The notes below the pieces were generated by a model. The model saw only the letters and a program-made list of their open reading frames with translations, was not told the origin of the DNA and made no database searches. DNA of 64,000 nt from Oscillospiraceae bacterium (lineage in GTDB: Bacteria > Bacillota > Clostridia > Oscillospirales > Acutalibacteraceae), in the NCBI GenBank assembly GCA_015066465.1, contig SVOI01000002.1, positions 44,154 through 108,153 on the forward strand, in the 5' to 3' direction. Positions 1 through 10,323 of this stretch are shown in pieces. The translations under genes were made by a program, and so were the position numbers. Position 1 is the stretch's first letter, and every line of letters starts with the position of its first letter.

Positions 1-1117
1 CAAGCTTTTCTTTGCCGAGTATTTTCTGTGCAAGATTAAAACCTGCTAAAATTCCCGATGATGCCGATTCCATATAACCTTCAACGCCAGAAATCTGACC
101 TGCAAAATATATTCTTGGTTCTTTCTTTAAACTAAAATCATTATCTAAAAGCTGTGGTGAGTTTATAAAAGTGTTTCTGTGCATTACGCCGTAACGTACA
201 AACTCAGCATTTTTAAGAGCTGGAAACATTGAAAAAACTCGTTTTTGCTCTGGGAATTTAAGATTTGTCTGAAAGCCAACTAAGTTATACATAGTGCCAT
301 CAACGTTTTCTTTTCTCAACTGAAGATTTGCCCACGGGCGATGACCAGTTTTGGGGTTAACTAAGCCTACTGGTTTTAAAGGACCATATCGCATAGTATC
401 CTTGCCACGTGAAGCTAAAACTTCAATAGGCATACAACCCTCATAAACATCTTTTTTCTTATCGAATGAGTGAAGCTCTGCACTCTCGGCATTTATAATT
501 GCCTCATAAAAGGCTTCATACTCCTCTTTATTCATAGGGCAGTTTATATAATCCTGCTCGCCACCACGGTCATAACGTGACTGAGTGAAGGCATTTTCCA
601 TATCAATACTATCAGCAGTAACAATAGGTGCCGCAGCATCGTAAAAAGAAAGAAAGTCTTTACCTAAAAGCTTACCTATTTCTTTCGCCAAATCATCGCT
701 TACCAAAGGACCAGCCGCTATAATTACGTAGCCATCTGGAATTTTTGTGACTTCTTCTCTTTTGACAGTTATATTTTCATTATTCAGAATATTTTCTGTT
801 ATAAGACTTGAAAACACGTCTCTGTCAACGGCAAGAGCACCGCCAGCAGGAACCTTTGCTTTATCTGCTGCCTCAAGACACACAGAACCGAAACGACGCA
901 TTTCTTCTTTTAAAAGACCAGCGGCAGAACCGACTCTTTCAGCCTTTAAAGAATTTGAACAGACAAGCTCGGCGAAGTTTTCGCTTTTATGGGCTGGAGA
1001 ATACTTTTTTGGCTTCATTTCATAAAGCGTTACCTTTATTCCCCTTTTAGCCAACTGGTTTGCCGCTTCAACACCAGCAAGTCCACCACCGATAACTGTT
1101 ACTTTTTTATCACTCAT
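1..1117 (-). CDS. trmFO: Folate/FAD-dependent tRNA (uracil54-C5)-methyltransferase TrmFO, 3' end cut by window edge
   Basis: Absent from ORF track because it runs off the edge. Minus-strand ATG at 1115-1117 reads [36 protein letters not shown] (GxGxxG). ATGAGTGA overlap with topA stop. dprA-topA-trmFO synteny is typical of Firmicutes. Confidence 0.85.
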   Translation of the reverse strand, partial: MSDKKVTVIGGGLAGVEAANQLAKRGIKVTLYEMKPKKYSPAHKSENFAELVCSNSLKAERVGSAAGLLKEEMRRFGSVCLEAADKAKVPAGGALAVDRDVFSSLITENILNNENITVKREEVTKIPDGYVIIAAGPLVSDDLAKEIGKLLGKDFLSFYDAAAPIVTADSIDMENAFTQSRYDRGGEQDYINCPMNKEEYEAFYEAIINAESAELHSFDKKKDVYEGCMPIEVLASRGKDTMRYGPLKPVGLVNPKTGHRPWANLQLRKENVDGTMYNLVGFQTNLKFPEQKRVFSMFPALKNAEFVRYGVMHRNTFINSPQLLDNDFSLKKEPRIYFAGQISGVEGYMESASSGILAGFNLAQKILGKEKL

Positions 1118-3233
1118 CGCTATCTTCCTGTGATTTCTTTGCATTTTTTCTTGGTGCTTTAAAAGAATGACCACATTCTTCGTTAGAGCAAGTAATTATG
1201 CCACCCTTACCCTTAAAGAGTGATTTGCCACACTTAGGACAAATTTCACCTGTTGGCTTATCCCAAGTCATAAAGTTACATTCAGGGTAATTACTGCAAC
1301 CAAAGAACTGATAACCCCTTTTAGATTTTTTACCAATAACGTTACCGCCACAACGTGGACAGGTAGCAGTTGTCTCTTCAACAAGTGGCTTTGTTGTTTT
1401 ACATTCAGGGTAACCTGGGCACGCAAGGAACTTGCCAAAGCGACCGCTTTTAACAACCATATTTCTACCACATTTTTCACATTTAATATCAGTGATATCT
1501 TCTTGCAACTGAATTTTCTGACCTTGCATTTCATCCTTTGCTTTTGAGAGTGTTTCTTCAAGGTCATCGTAGAATTCACGGAGCATTTCTACGTAGTTAC
1601 ATTCACCATTATCAATTTCGTCAAGCTTTGCTTCCATAGAAGCGGTGAATTTTGTATTAACAAATTTAGGGAAGCGTTCTTTTAATAAATCGGTAGTAAC
1701 CTTACCTAATTCTGTATTTTTAAGAACCTTACCTTCACGCTTTATATATTCACGTTTAATAATTGTACTTACAATAGAAGCGTAGGTACTTGGTCTACCA
1801 ACACCAGTTTCTTCAAGAGTTTTAATAAGTGACGCTTCAGTAAAGTGTGCTGGTGGCTGAGTAAAGTGCTGATTACCTTTAAGGTCTTTGAGCTTAGGAG
1901 TGTCGCCAACCTTAATTTCAGGAAGAACGCTTTCTTTTTCTTCGTCATCTGTTGACTCTTCATAAAGAACTGTGAATCCATCAAATTTAACAGAATAACC
2001 ACTTGCAGAGAACATGCAGAACTCATTTGCATTTTCTGCTTTGCTACCCTTTATTTCAATTTTAACTGTTGCCTGTTCACAAGCTGCCATTAAGCTTGCA
2101 ACGTATCTGCACCAGATTAAATTATATAATTTATATTGGTCGTTTGAAAGACTGCTTTTAACTTTTGCAGGAGTTAAAGCAACATTTGCAGGGCGAATTG
2201 CTTCGTGACCATCCTGTGCACCTGCACGAGTTTTAAAATATCTTGGTTTTTCAGGAAGATATTTATCACCATAAGCTGACTTTACAAACTCAGTATGAGC
2301 AGCTCTTGCTTCTTCTGAAATACGAAGTGAGTCAGTTCTCATATAAGTTATAAGACCAGTTGTGCCAAGACCTTCTACATCAACACCTTCGTAAAGCTCC
2401 TGAGCAATTTTCATTGTTTTCTGAGCCTGGAAGTTCAATTTTCTTGAAGCCTCCTGTTGCATTGAAGAAGTAATAAATGGTGGTGCAGGTTGTTTCTTTC
2501 TTGTACCTTTTTTAACTGATTCTGTAACGAAATCAGCACCATCTAAACGTAATAAATATTTATCTGCTTCTTCTTTATTTTTAATTTCTACTTTACCGTT
2601 TTCATCTGAAGTAAGTGTAGCTGAGAATGTTTTTCTCTCTGCTATAAATTTAGCATCTATTGACCAGTATTCTTCAGGCTGGAATTTTGATATTTCTTCT
2701 TCTCTGTCAACAATAAGACGAACTGCAACACTCTGCACACGACCAGCAGAAAGACCACGTCTGATTTTCTGACTGATAAACGGACTGAGTCTGTAACCTA
2801 CTAATCTATCTAAAATTCTACGTGCTTGCTGAGCATCAACAAGACCCATATCTACTGTTTCAGGATTAGAAATACCTCTTTTAACACTTGTTTCGTTAAT
2901 CTCGTTAAATTTAACTCTGTTTTTCTCGTTTAAATCGAGACCTAAAATTGTAGCAAGATGCCAAGAAATTGCTTCTCCTTCACGGTCAGGGTCAGTTGCG
3001 AGATAAACTTTTTCGCTTTTTTCAACCTGAGCTTTTAATTCCTTTACAAGTTTTTCTTTATTCTTGATAATAGCATATTTTGGTGCAAAATCATTTTTAA
3101 CGTCAACGCTTAATTTTGCCGCTGGTAAATCTCTCACGTGACCCATTGAAGCAGTAACTTCAAAATCTTTACCTAAATATTTTTTTATTGTTTTAGCCTT
3201 TGCAGGCGACTCAACTATAACAAGCTTGGACAT
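1110..3233 (-). CDS. topA: DNA topoisomerase I
   Basis: 707 aa. Toprim N-terminus [21 protein letters not shown], active-site region [10 protein letters not shown], three C-terminal CxxC...CxxC zinc ribbons. Confidence 0.96.
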   Translation of the reverse strand: MSKLVIVESPAKAKTIKKYLGKDFEVTASMGHVRDLPAAKLSVDVKNDFAPKYAIIKNKEKLVKELKAQVEKSEKVYLATDPDREGEAISWHLATILGLDLNEKNRVKFNEINETSVKRGISNPETVDMGLVDAQQARRILDRLVGYRLSPFISQKIRRGLSAGRVQSVAVRLIVDREEEISKFQPEEYWSIDAKFIAERKTFSATLTSDENGKVEIKNKEEADKYLLRLDGADFVTESVKKGTRKKQPAPPFITSSMQQEASRKLNFQAQKTMKIAQELYEGVDVEGLGTTGLITYMRTDSLRISEEARAAHTEFVKSAYGDKYLPEKPRYFKTRAGAQDGHEAIRPANVALTPAKVKSSLSNDQYKLYNLIWCRYVASLMAACEQATVKIEIKGSKAENANEFCMFSASGYSVKFDGFTVLYEESTDDEEKESVLPEIKVGDTPKLKDLKGNQHFTQPPAHFTEASLIKTLEETGVGRPSTYASIVSTIIKREYIKREGKVLKNTELGKVTTDLLKERFPKFVNTKFTASMEAKLDEIDNGECNYVEMLREFYDDLEETLSKAKDEMQGQKIQLQEDITDIKCEKCGRNMVVKSGRFGKFLACPGYPECKTTKPLVEETTATCPRCGGNVIGKKSKRGYQFFGCSNYPECNFMTWDKPTGEICPKCGKSLFKGKGGIITCSNEECGHSFKAPRKNAKKSQEDSDE

Positions 3234-3247
3234 TTATTTCTATCCTT

Positions 3248-4459
3248 TCAAACTTTATATTTTTTACCTTCAATGCTTTCAATCTCACTCATTAATTCAA
3301 GTTCGGTAAGCGCTGAAAGCACATCACTCATTTTTAAAGCAGTCTGCCTTAATATATCATCAACGTGAGTAGGCTCACTACTTAAAACAGAATAGACTTT
3401 TTTAGCTTCATCTGAAAAGCTATTGTCTAATTCTTTTTTCTTTACTTTACATTTCTTTTCTTTAACTAACTTTTCATTTACAGGTGGCTTTTCAGTAACA
3501 ACAGCTTTTTTAGTTTTCCTATACTCAACATAAGGAATCTGAGAAAGTGAAGTTTCAGCCTTACTAAAGTCTATTAAATCTCCGTAAAGATATTCGTATT
3601 CTGAAAGAATATCCATAGCAGAAAAAACAGGCTTAGCACCATTTTTTATTAAATGATTAGCACCATCAAATGAAGAACGGACTATATCGCCCGGTACTGC
3701 AAAAACGTCTTTACCTTGTTCCAAAGCAAAATTTGCAGTAATAAGCGAACCACTTTTTATACCAGCTTCAATAACTAAAGTACCCAAAGTAAGCCCTGAA
3801 ATAAGACGGTTTCTTATGGGGAAAGTCGTTCTCGAAGCAGGTGTAAAAGGTGCAAACTCAGAAACAACGGCACCATATTTAGTAATAGCACGTCTTAAAG
3901 ATGCGTTTTCTTTTAAATAATCAAAAGAAAGACCGCAACCTAAAAAAGCAACTGTTCTGCCCTTTGCAAGCATTGCACCAGCGTGGGCTTCACTGTCAAT
4001 TCCCAATGCACCGCCACTTACAATAGTAACACCAGAAGATGCTAATGCAAAAGAAAGCTTCTGAGCAGTTTCTATTCCGTAGTTACTTGCGTTTCTTGTT
4101 CCGACTACACCAATGGAAACAGTATCCTTTAAAACAGAAGTGTCACCCAATGCATAAAGAACTAACGGCATATCACGAAGTTGCTTAAGGCGTTCAGGGT
4201 AATTAATATTATCTGGTGTGATAATTGAATACCCTTTAGCTTTACACTCACGGAAAATGCCACCTGTTTCAGATGGGCTTATACTTTTTAATGCATTTAT
4301 TTTCTTATCTGTAAGAAGACCAGATAATCTCCATTCATTTGACCCCGCATTATACATTTTTTCAGGGTCGCCAAAGTAAGCAATTAACTCATCGGTTTTA
4401 GCTCCTGCACCAAGAGCACATTGAAGCCAAAGCCAATATTCAGTAGGACAAATACTCAT
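3248..4459 (-). CDS. dprA: DNA-processing protein DprA (Smf)
   Basis: 403 aa. DprA Rossmann core GGALGIDSEAHAGA...FPIRNRLISGL. Lies directly upstream of topA. Confidence 0.92.
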   Translation of the reverse strand: MSICPTEYWLWLQCALGAGAKTDELIAYFGDPEKMYNAGSNEWRLSGLLTDKKINALKSISPSETGGIFRECKAKGYSIITPDNINYPERLKQLRDMPLVLYALGDTSVLKDTVSIGVVGTRNASNYGIETAQKLSFALASSGVTIVSGGALGIDSEAHAGAMLAKGRTVAFLGCGLSFDYLKENASLRRAITKYGAVVSEFAPFTPASRTTFPIRNRLISGLTLGTLVIEAGIKSGSLITANFALEQGKDVFAVPGDIVRSSFDGANHLIKNGAKPVFSAMDILSEYEYLYGDLIDFSKAETSLSQIPYVEYRKTKKAVVTEKPPVNEKLVKEKKCKVKKKELDNSFSDEAKKVYSVLSSEPTHVDDILRQTALKMSDVLSALTELELMSEIESIEGKKYKV

Positions 4460-5242
4460 TTATCTCATCATTTCCCACATAATTATCGTTGCAGCAGCCG
4501 CTGCATTCAAGGACTCTGCAAAGCCATTCATCGGAATAGTAACAAGCTGTGAAATCGCTTTGACTTCATCACTTATACCATTACCCTCATTACCAATAAC
4601 ACATACCATTCCCTGTGATTTATTGATATCTGTAATTTTCTCAGCAGTTGCATCTGGCACAGAGCCGTAAATACTCATATTATTTTCTTTAAGTTCTTCT
4701 AAAAGTGATATTAAATCATCAGTCACGAGAACGTCTAATCTGAAAAGTGCACCCATAGCTGCACGAAGCACTTTTGGGTTATAAACGTCGCAACCGCCCT
4801 TTATAATAATGCCATTGAGACCAACTGCCTCAGCAGTTCTGCAAATAGCACCAAAATTGGAAGGATTAGAAATCTCTTCCAATGCAACATATTTGCCATA
4901 GTATTTTATTTTACTTATATTTGCAAATTTGTCAAGCATTGTAACTATCGCAAAAACGCCTTGAGTGCTCTTTGTATCTGCTAATTTTTCTGCAACCTCT
5001 TCTGTTACAACAAATGATTTCTGAGCACTATTTATTGCCTCATTTATATAATCACAATACTTTTCCGTTGCTTCTTCTGTAACAAAAAGCATTCTGATTT
5101 CTACACCACTTAAGAAAGCATCTTTTAAAAGTCGTGGGCTTTCAATAAAAAAAGCATTTTCTTTTTTTCTGAAAGAAGAAGAATCTCGTAATTTCACGGC
5201 ATATTTAATTTTTTCATTAGTTTTTGATGATATAAATTCCAT
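4460..5242 (-). CDS. TrmH/SpoU-family RNA 2'-O-methyltransferase (YsgA-like)
   Basis: 260 aa. SpoU motifs IGNEGNGIS and ESLNAAAAATI. Follows rplT as ysgA does in Bacillus. Confidence 0.85.
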   Translation of the reverse strand: MEFISSKTNEKIKYAVKLRDSSSFRKKENAFFIESPRLLKDAFLSGVEIRMLFVTEEATEKYCDYINEAINSAQKSFVVTEEVAEKLADTKSTQGVFAIVTMLDKFANISKIKYYGKYVALEEISNPSNFGAICRTAEAVGLNGIIIKGGCDVYNPKVLRAAMGALFRLDVLVTDDLISLLEELKENNMSIYGSVPDATAEKITDINKSQGMVCVIGNEGNGISDEVKAISQLVTIPMNGFAESLNAAAAATIIMWEMMR

Positions 5243-5357
5243 TATTCTTTACCACTTTTTTGAATACAAAATTTATTTTATAGCCACTTATGAAATAAAT
5301 TTTACACTCAAAATTTACAATTTCCGACTAAAAATTACTACCCTTAATAAACGCCTA

Positions 5358-5385
5358 ACGCTCGGTCAGAAACCTGACCGAGCGT
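5358..5385 (-). terminator. Hairpin downstream of rplT (probable terminator)
   Basis: Perfect 12-bp stem ACGCTCGGTCAG/CTGACCGAGCGT with a 4-nt loop, 14 nt after the rplT stop. The downstream tract is only moderately T-rich. Confidence 0.55.
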
Positions 5386-5398
5386 ATAGATTAACTTA

Positions 5399-5752
5399 TT
5401 AAAGAGCTGCTTTTGCTTTTTCAACAAGTGCTGTAAAGCCCTGAGGGTCAGCAATAGCAATTTCTGAAAGCATTTTTCTGTTAAGGTCAATGTTTGCTTT
5501 CTTAAGACCGTTAATGAATGTTGAGTAGTTGATACCATTCATCTTGCATGCTGCAGAAATTCTTGCAATCCAAAGACGACGGAAATCTCTTTTCTTTTGC
5601 TTTCTGCCGATATAAGCGTAGTTACCGCTTTTCATAACAGCTTGTTTAGCTGTTTTAAATAATTTGCTCTTTGAGCCATAGTAGCCTTTTGCTAATTTAA
5701 GAACTTTATTTCTTCTTTTGCGAGTCATTGTCGCACCTTTAATACGAGCCAT
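5399..5752 (-). CDS. rplT: 50S ribosomal protein L20
   Basis: 117 aa, [26 protein letters not shown], a canonical L20 N-terminus. Confidence 0.97.
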   Translation of the reverse strand: MARIKGATMTRKRRNKVLKLAKGYYGSKSKLFKTAKQAVMKSGNYAYIGRKQKKRDFRRLWIARISAACKMNGINYSTFINGLKKANIDLNRKMLSEIAIADPQGFTALVEKAKAAL

Positions 5753-5775
5753 TTAAATTTACCTCCGTTCTAATC

Positions 5776-5973
5776 TTATTTATAAGGAATAAGACGCTTG
5801 ATTTGCTTTGTATTTGTAGCGTCTGCAACTGCTGTCTGACGAAGACCTCTTTTACGTTTTGTAGTCTTCTTTGTAAGAATGTGAGACTTATTTGCATGAC
5901 CACGTACAGGTTTACCGTTTTTTGAAAGTTTGAAACGCTTTTTAGCGCCTGAATGTGTTTTAAGCTTTGGCAT
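5776..5973 (-). CDS. rpmI: 50S ribosomal protein L35
   Basis: 65 aa, [21 protein letters not shown]. Sits between infC and rplT. Confidence 0.97.
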   Translation of the reverse strand: MPKLKTHSGAKKRFKLSKNGKPVRGHANKSHILTKKTTKRKRGLRQTAVADATNTKQIKRLIPYK

Positions 5974-5997
5974 AATTTTTCCTCCTTAATAATGCAA

Positions 5998-6516
5998 TCA
6001 TTTAGTTGTCTTGGGTACAAGGAACATAAGCATTGAACGGCCTTCGAGCTTTGCAGGTTTTTCAACTGTGCCAACTTCAGCACAAGCCTCTGCAAATCTG
6101 TCCATAATTACGTTACCGTTCTCAGCATGTGCCATTTCTCTACCTCTGAAGCGAATAGAAACTTTTACTTTGTTTCCATCACTTAAAAAGCGTCTTGCAT
6201 GGTTTGCTTTTGTGTTAAAATCGCCGACATCAATATTGAGAGATAAACGAACCTCTTTAATATCCATAACCTTCTGGTTTTTCTTCGCTTCTTTCTCACG
6301 TTTAGCTTGTTCAAAGCGATATTTACCATAGTCCATAATTTTGCACACTGGCGGGTTTGCACCTGGTGCGATTTTTACAAGGTCAAGATTAGCTTTTTCT
6401 GCTAATTTGAGAGCTTCTTTAGCTGACATAACGCCAACCTGCTCACCTTCTGCAGAAATAACTCTTACTTCTTTATCTCTGATTTCTTCATTGATTTGGG
6501 TTGCTTCCTTGCTGAT
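5998..6516 (-). CDS. infC: Translation initiation factor IF-3, with non-canonical ATC start
   Basis: ORF track starts at an internal Met (6429). The frame stays open 29 codons upstream (ISKEATQINEEIRDKEVRVISAEGEQVGV). There is no ATG/GTG/TTG between the in-frame TAG and an ATC placed 7 nt after GGAGGTG. The product is 172 aa, the normal IF3 size. Confidence 0.88.
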   Translation of the reverse strand: MSKEATQINEEIRDKEVRVISAEGEQVGVMSAKEALKLAEKANLDLVKIAPGANPPVCKIMDYGKYRFEQAKREKEAKKNQKVMDIKEVRLSLNIDVGDFNTKANHARRFLSDGNKVKVSIRFRGREMAHAENGNVIMDRFAEACAEVGTVEKPAKLEGRSMLMFLVPKTTK

Positions 6517-6529
6517 ACCAAAACACCTC

Positions 6530-6660
6530 CTGAAAAATTTAGCGTGAACGGTTTTCCGTTCACGCTAAAAGACACAACACCACTGTTGTTATTTCTTAAA
6601 GGTATTGTACCAAACAATGCTCTCGTTTGGTGAGAACGGAAAAGTTCTGCTTTGTTTTGC
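6530..6660 (-). promoter_or_regulatory. L20-type ribosomal leader/attenuator upstream of infC
   Basis: ~130-nt multi-hairpin leader between promoter and infC. It ends in the hairpin AGCGTGAACGG-AAAA-CCGTTCACGCT (6541-6566) followed by AAATTTTTC, immediately before the infC SD. The position matches the Firmicutes L20 leader. Confidence 0.6.
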
Positions 6661-6666
6661 TCAAAT

Positions 6667-6695
6667 ATAATAACAGTAACTTTCCCATTTGTCAA
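6667..6695 (-). promoter_or_regulatory. SigA-type promoter of the infC operon
   Basis: Minus strand reads TTGACA (6690-6695), a 17-nt spacer, then TATTAT (6667-6672). Confidence 0.65.
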
Positions 6696-6703
6696 TACTT
6701 TTT

Positions 6704-8521
6704 TTAAAATTCTTCAATAATATTGCCGATACCTTCTACACCTTCTATTATGCTGTCAATATTCTCACCAATAGATTGTGTTTCACTTTCTTCTTCGGTT
6801 TCTGGTGGAGTATATTCACCATAACAGTAAATAACGACCTTTAAAGTTGCGCTTATTCTTCTATCCTCAGGAATTGCTTTCCATTCGCTTTCATCCTTTG
6901 GATAATAAACTACGTCTGTAACTTTATTTGAATTTTCTGGTGCTTCAGCAACACTGCTTACTTTAACTTCAACATCTTTAAAGCCCTTATCTGTGAGTTG
7001 TTTATGAGCTTCTGTAGCATCTTCGCCCACCAAATCAGGAACCTTGAGTCCATCACTCACCTTTAAAGTAATTGAACGCTTATTTATTGAAGAAACCATT
7101 GTACCCTCTGGTAAATCCTGAGCGATAACAGTGCCTATCTCCTGGTCACTGTCTTCATAAACTGTGCTTATAACAAGCACGTCTTTATAGGTTTCATCAG
7201 CTTTGACGTCGTCAATATTTTTACCACGGAAATCAGGAACAGAAACATTTATAAACTGGTCTTCTGTTACAACATCTGAATCAGAAACTATCTCATCAGG
7301 AGACGTTGTTTTTTCGTCATCACCATTTCCGCTTGAACTTGTAATACCAATTACAACTGCTAAAAGTATAGCAAGGCAAACAAGAACGCTCACTACAAGA
7401 GTTATAATTGTACTCTTTTTCACACCAGACTTTTCTGGCACGTAGTCATCTTCATAAAATTCTTCGGCATCTTCTTCGTCTTCGATTCTTTGCGGTTCCT
7501 CTATTACAGAGCGACGAACAGCAGCCATTGAAGAATAACGCTCTGCAGCAGAAACGGCTGCTGTCGGTGACGCTGAAAGGTCATCTCGAAGAAGCTCAAC
7601 GTCTTCAGTTCTGTCTTCAGGAAGAATCTGCAAGGCATTAACTAAAGCGTTAATAACGTAAGCTGGAATAATTTCGGCAAATTTACCAGGAATCATAAGT
7701 TTATCGTTAGTAGCTCTTGAAACAGAGCTCATAGGTGTGCTACCAACAAGAACTCTGTAAAGAACAGTAGAAAAACCATAAACGTCAGTCCATGGACCTA
7801 ATTCGCCATCTTCTGCATACTGCTCAATAGAAGCATAACCCTCAGATAAATCTAAAGGAAGTCTGCCACCTTTATATCTTACGTCATCAATACTGAAATC
7901 GGTAATTTTAACTCTGCCATCTTTACCTACAATAAGGGAATTCGGTGAAATTGCACCGTGAATAATTCCATTTTCATGAAGAACACCTAATGCAGAAAGA
8001 ACTGGCATTAAAAGCACACGTGCTTCATCCCACAAAATATAACCTTGCTCGTTTTTAAGTAAATAATCTCTCAAGGTTTCACCTTCGCCAAGATATTCAC
8101 TTACAGCATACGCTGTTCCTAAATCTTCAAAAACATCGTAAACAAGCGCAAGTGCAGAGCACCCTTTAATCTCCTTAAGGGCGTTCCATAGCTTTGTGAA
8201 TTTAGCCTTTGCATCAATGAAAGCCGCTGCTCTGCCTACGTTAACAAGGCAGTAATTATCTTCACCACGGGTTACTTCACCCTGTGGGAAGCACTCCCTT
8301 ACCATTACAGGCTTTTTAAGTTCCAAATCGAAACCATAATACGTTGCACCATCACCATTTGATGAAACAAGCTTGCCTATAAGATATTTACCACCAACAA
8401 CTGCTTTAAGTGGTAAAAAAGGTGCTTTCTGAACCGAAGAAGCTTCATCTTTGCAATAAGGACAAACGTTGCTGTCGCCGATTTTTCTCATACAGCGTAA
8501 ACAAAGTTTCTCTTTTTCCAT
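6704..8521 (-). CDS. Zinc-ribbon / kinase-like / TM / PASTA-repeat protein, predicted pseudokinase
   Basis: 605 aa. N-terminal CxxC...CxxC, Hanks-kinase-like fold, one TM (IITLVVSVLVCLAILLAVVIGI), two PASTA-like repeats (VPDFRGKNIDDV..., KVPDLVGEDATEAHKQL). Catalytic motifs are degenerate: VMVRE, HGAISPNS, DFS. Confidence 0.75.
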   Translation of the reverse strand: MEKEKLCLRCMRKIGDSNVCPYCKDEASSVQKAPFLPLKAVVGGKYLIGKLVSSNGDGATYYGFDLELKKPVMVRECFPQGEVTRGEDNYCLVNVGRAAAFIDAKAKFTKLWNALKEIKGCSALALVYDVFEDLGTAYAVSEYLGEGETLRDYLLKNEQGYILWDEARVLLMPVLSALGVLHENGIIHGAISPNSLIVGKDGRVKITDFSIDDVRYKGGRLPLDLSEGYASIEQYAEDGELGPWTDVYGFSTVLYRVLVGSTPMSSVSRATNDKLMIPGKFAEIIPAYVINALVNALQILPEDRTEDVELLRDDLSASPTAAVSAAERYSSMAAVRRSVIEEPQRIEDEEDAEEFYEDDYVPEKSGVKKSTIITLVVSVLVCLAILLAVVIGITSSSGNGDDEKTTSPDEIVSDSDVVTEDQFINVSVPDFRGKNIDDVKADETYKDVLVISTVYEDSDQEIGTVIAQDLPEGTMVSSINKRSITLKVSDGLKVPDLVGEDATEAHKQLTDKGFKDVEVKVSSVAEAPENSNKVTDVVYYPKDESEWKAIPEDRRISATLKVVIYCYGEYTPPETEEESETQSIGENIDSIIEGVEGIGNIIEEF

Positions 8522-8541
8522 TATAGATTTTTCACCCTTTA

Positions 8542-9087
8542 TCAGTCAAAATCAGGTCTTGGTTCACTTGGAGCGTTAAGTGCATCGTGAAGACTTTGTC
8601 TTAAAGTTCTGATATCGTTAACACTTCTTGTGAGGGTTTCATCAGTATCTTTAATAACGTTTTCAACGTAAGCACTTGCATTTCTTCTCATATCATTTGA
8701 CCAACGCTCTGCCTTATCAGCAATTTCGTTAGCCTTGAGTTTTGAAGCGTTAATAAGAGCCTGAGACTCCTCTTTAGCCTGTTGCATAATTGCTAAAGCT
8801 GCTTCTTTTGCTTCTTTAGTAATCTGATGCTCTTCAACCATAAGGTCTGCTCTCTGACGAGCTTTAATAATAATATCTTCAGCCTGAGCATCTGCAGCGT
8901 TGAGAATATCACGTCTTTCAGCTGCAATTTTCTTAGCCTGAGTAATTTCAACAGGCATATTAAGTCTGATGTCTTCGATAATTCTTCTGAGTTCATCTAC
9001 ATCTACTGCAAGCTTACTTGAAAATGGAACACTTCTGCCTTCTTCAATGACAGTATCCATATCATTAAGTAATGTATCAATACTCAT
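8542..9087 (-). CDS. Coiled-coil protein (ATP-synthase-b/V-ATPase-G-like, function unknown)
   Basis: 181 aa, long Ala/Glu/Lys-rich helix (AAERRDILNAADAQAEDIIIKARQRADLMVEE). No specific function recognised. Confidence 0.5.
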   Translation of the reverse strand: MSIDTLLNDMDTVIEEGRSVPFSSKLAVDVDELRRIIEDIRLNMPVEITQAKKIAAERRDILNAADAQAEDIIIKARQRADLMVEEHQITKEAKEAALAIMQQAKEESQALINASKLKANEIADKAERWSNDMRRNASAYVENVIKDTDETLTRSVNDIRTLRQSLHDALNAPSEPRPDFD

Positions 9088-9136
9088 AAATATACCAACC
9101 TTTCAATAATAAATATATATAAATTTTATTATTATC

Positions 9137-9631
9137 TTATTTAGATAATCTTTCGATTATATCGTCACGGATTTCTGCAGGAACAAACGTAGAAACGTCG
9201 CCACCTAATTTGCAAACCTCTTTAACAACACTTGAACTCAAGAACATATAATCAGCACTTGTAGTTAAAAATATTGTTTCAAGCTCACTGTTTAATTTCT
9301 GGTTAGTGAGTGCCTGACGGAATTCATCGTCAAAGTCTGAAATAGCACGAAGACCCTTAACTACTGCAGAAGCACCTTTTTCACGTGCATAATCTGCCAA
9401 AAGACCTAAGTGACTGTCAACTGTTACGTTTGGTAAATCTTCTGTGCAACGTCTTATAAAATCCATTCTTTCTTCAACAGTAAAGCTACCGCTGTTTTTG
9501 TTGAAGTTTTTCATTACAACAACAATAACGTTATCAAAAAGCTTTGAGGACCTTTTAATAATATCTAAGTGACCTATTGTAAGCGGGTCAAAGCTACCAG
9601 GACAAATTACGGTTTTACCCATATTACTCAC
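9137..9631 (-). CDS. coaD: Phosphopantetheine adenylyltransferase
   Basis: 164 aa. PGSFDPLTIGHLDII nucleotidyltransferase motif and the VKGLRAISDF region. Confidence 0.95.
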   Translation of the reverse strand: MSNMGKTVICPGSFDPLTIGHLDIIKRSSKLFDNVIVVVMKNFNKNSGSFTVEERMDFIRRCTEDLPNVTVDSHLGLLADYAREKGASAVVKGLRAISDFDDEFRQALTNQKLNSELETIFLTTSADYMFLSSSVVKEVCKLGGDVSTFVPAEIRDDIIERLSK

Positions 9632-10160
9632 CCTTTCTGTAAACAGTCAAAGCGATTTTACCATATTTATATCTTTTAGAAGTAAAGCCTTCGATATTTT
9701 CAGGCAAAAATTCTTCACTACCTGTTTCGCAAACGATTACACCATTTTCATTTATATGTGGTGCAATTCTTTCTATTGCATCCTCCATAAGACCAGCTTT
9801 ATATGGCGGGTCTAAAAGAGCAACATCATATTTTTCAATAACTCTGTCAAGATAACCTAAAGCATCTGAGCGGACTGTTTTTGCTTTTTCACGAAAGTTT
9901 GTGATTTTAAGATTTTCTTCAACAACCGAAATTGATTTTGAAGAAGCATCTACAAACACGCAAGAGTCAGCACCACGGCTTAACGCTTCAATTCCTAACT
10001 GACCAGAACCTGCAAAAAGGTCTATAACCTTAGCATCTGGCACATCAAACTGAATAATATTAAAAATAGATTCTTTAACCTTATCGGTTGTTGGTCTTAC
10101 GTCATTACCCTCAAGAGTGAAGAGACGGCGACCACGCTGTGAACCTGTAATTACTCGCAC
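9624..10160 (-). CDS. rsmD: 16S rRNA (guanine966-N2)-methyltransferase RsmD
   Basis: 178 aa. DLFAGSGQLGIEALSRGA SAM motif and LDPPY. GTG start 5 nt after AGAGGTG. 8-nt overlap with coaD. Confidence 0.9.
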   Translation of the reverse strand: MRVITGSQRGRRLFTLEGNDVRPTTDKVKESIFNIIQFDVPDAKVIDLFAGSGQLGIEALSRGADSCVFVDASSKSISVVEENLKITNFREKAKTVRSDALGYLDRVIEKYDVALLDPPYKAGLMEDAIERIAPHINENGVIVCETGSEEFLPENIEGFTSKRYKYGKIALTVYRKGE

Positions 10161-10215
10161 ATAAACACCTCTGAGTATAAAACGCCATATTATTGCATTT
10201 TATATAATCACTATA

Positions 10216-10244
10216 TTATTACACTTTTTTGAGTGATTTGTCAA
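10216..10244 (-). promoter_or_regulatory. SigA-type promoter of rsmD-coaD
   Basis: Minus strand reads TTGACA (10239-10244), a 17-nt spacer, then TAATAA (10216-10221). Confidence 0.6.
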
Positions 10245-10272
10245 GTTTTTGTGTTCAGGTGTTAGGTGTTGA

Positions 10273-10319
10273 ATATAAAAAACACCAACATTGACTGCAG
10301 TAGAGCCAATGTCGGTGTT
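10273..10319 (-). terminator. Intrinsic terminator ending the XRE/paralog operon
   Basis: 13-bp stem AACACCGACATTG/CAATGTTGGTGTT followed by TTTTTTAT on the minus strand, 5 nt after the 10324 stop. Confidence 0.8.
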
Positions 10320-10323
10320 TTTG

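Noticed and set aside
747-1050. Two plus-strand ORFs (92 and 80 aa)
   Set aside because: They are antisense within the trmFO coding region, whose minus-strand frame is open from 1117 to the window edge.
5739-6095. 118-aa minus-strand ORF spanning the rpmI/infC junction
   Set aside because: It is out of frame over two highly conserved ribosomal and IF3 genes. It is an artefact.
6465-6695. 76-aa minus-strand ORF upstream of infC
   Set aside because: It overlaps the L20-type leader and the true IF3 N-terminus in another frame. It has no RBS.
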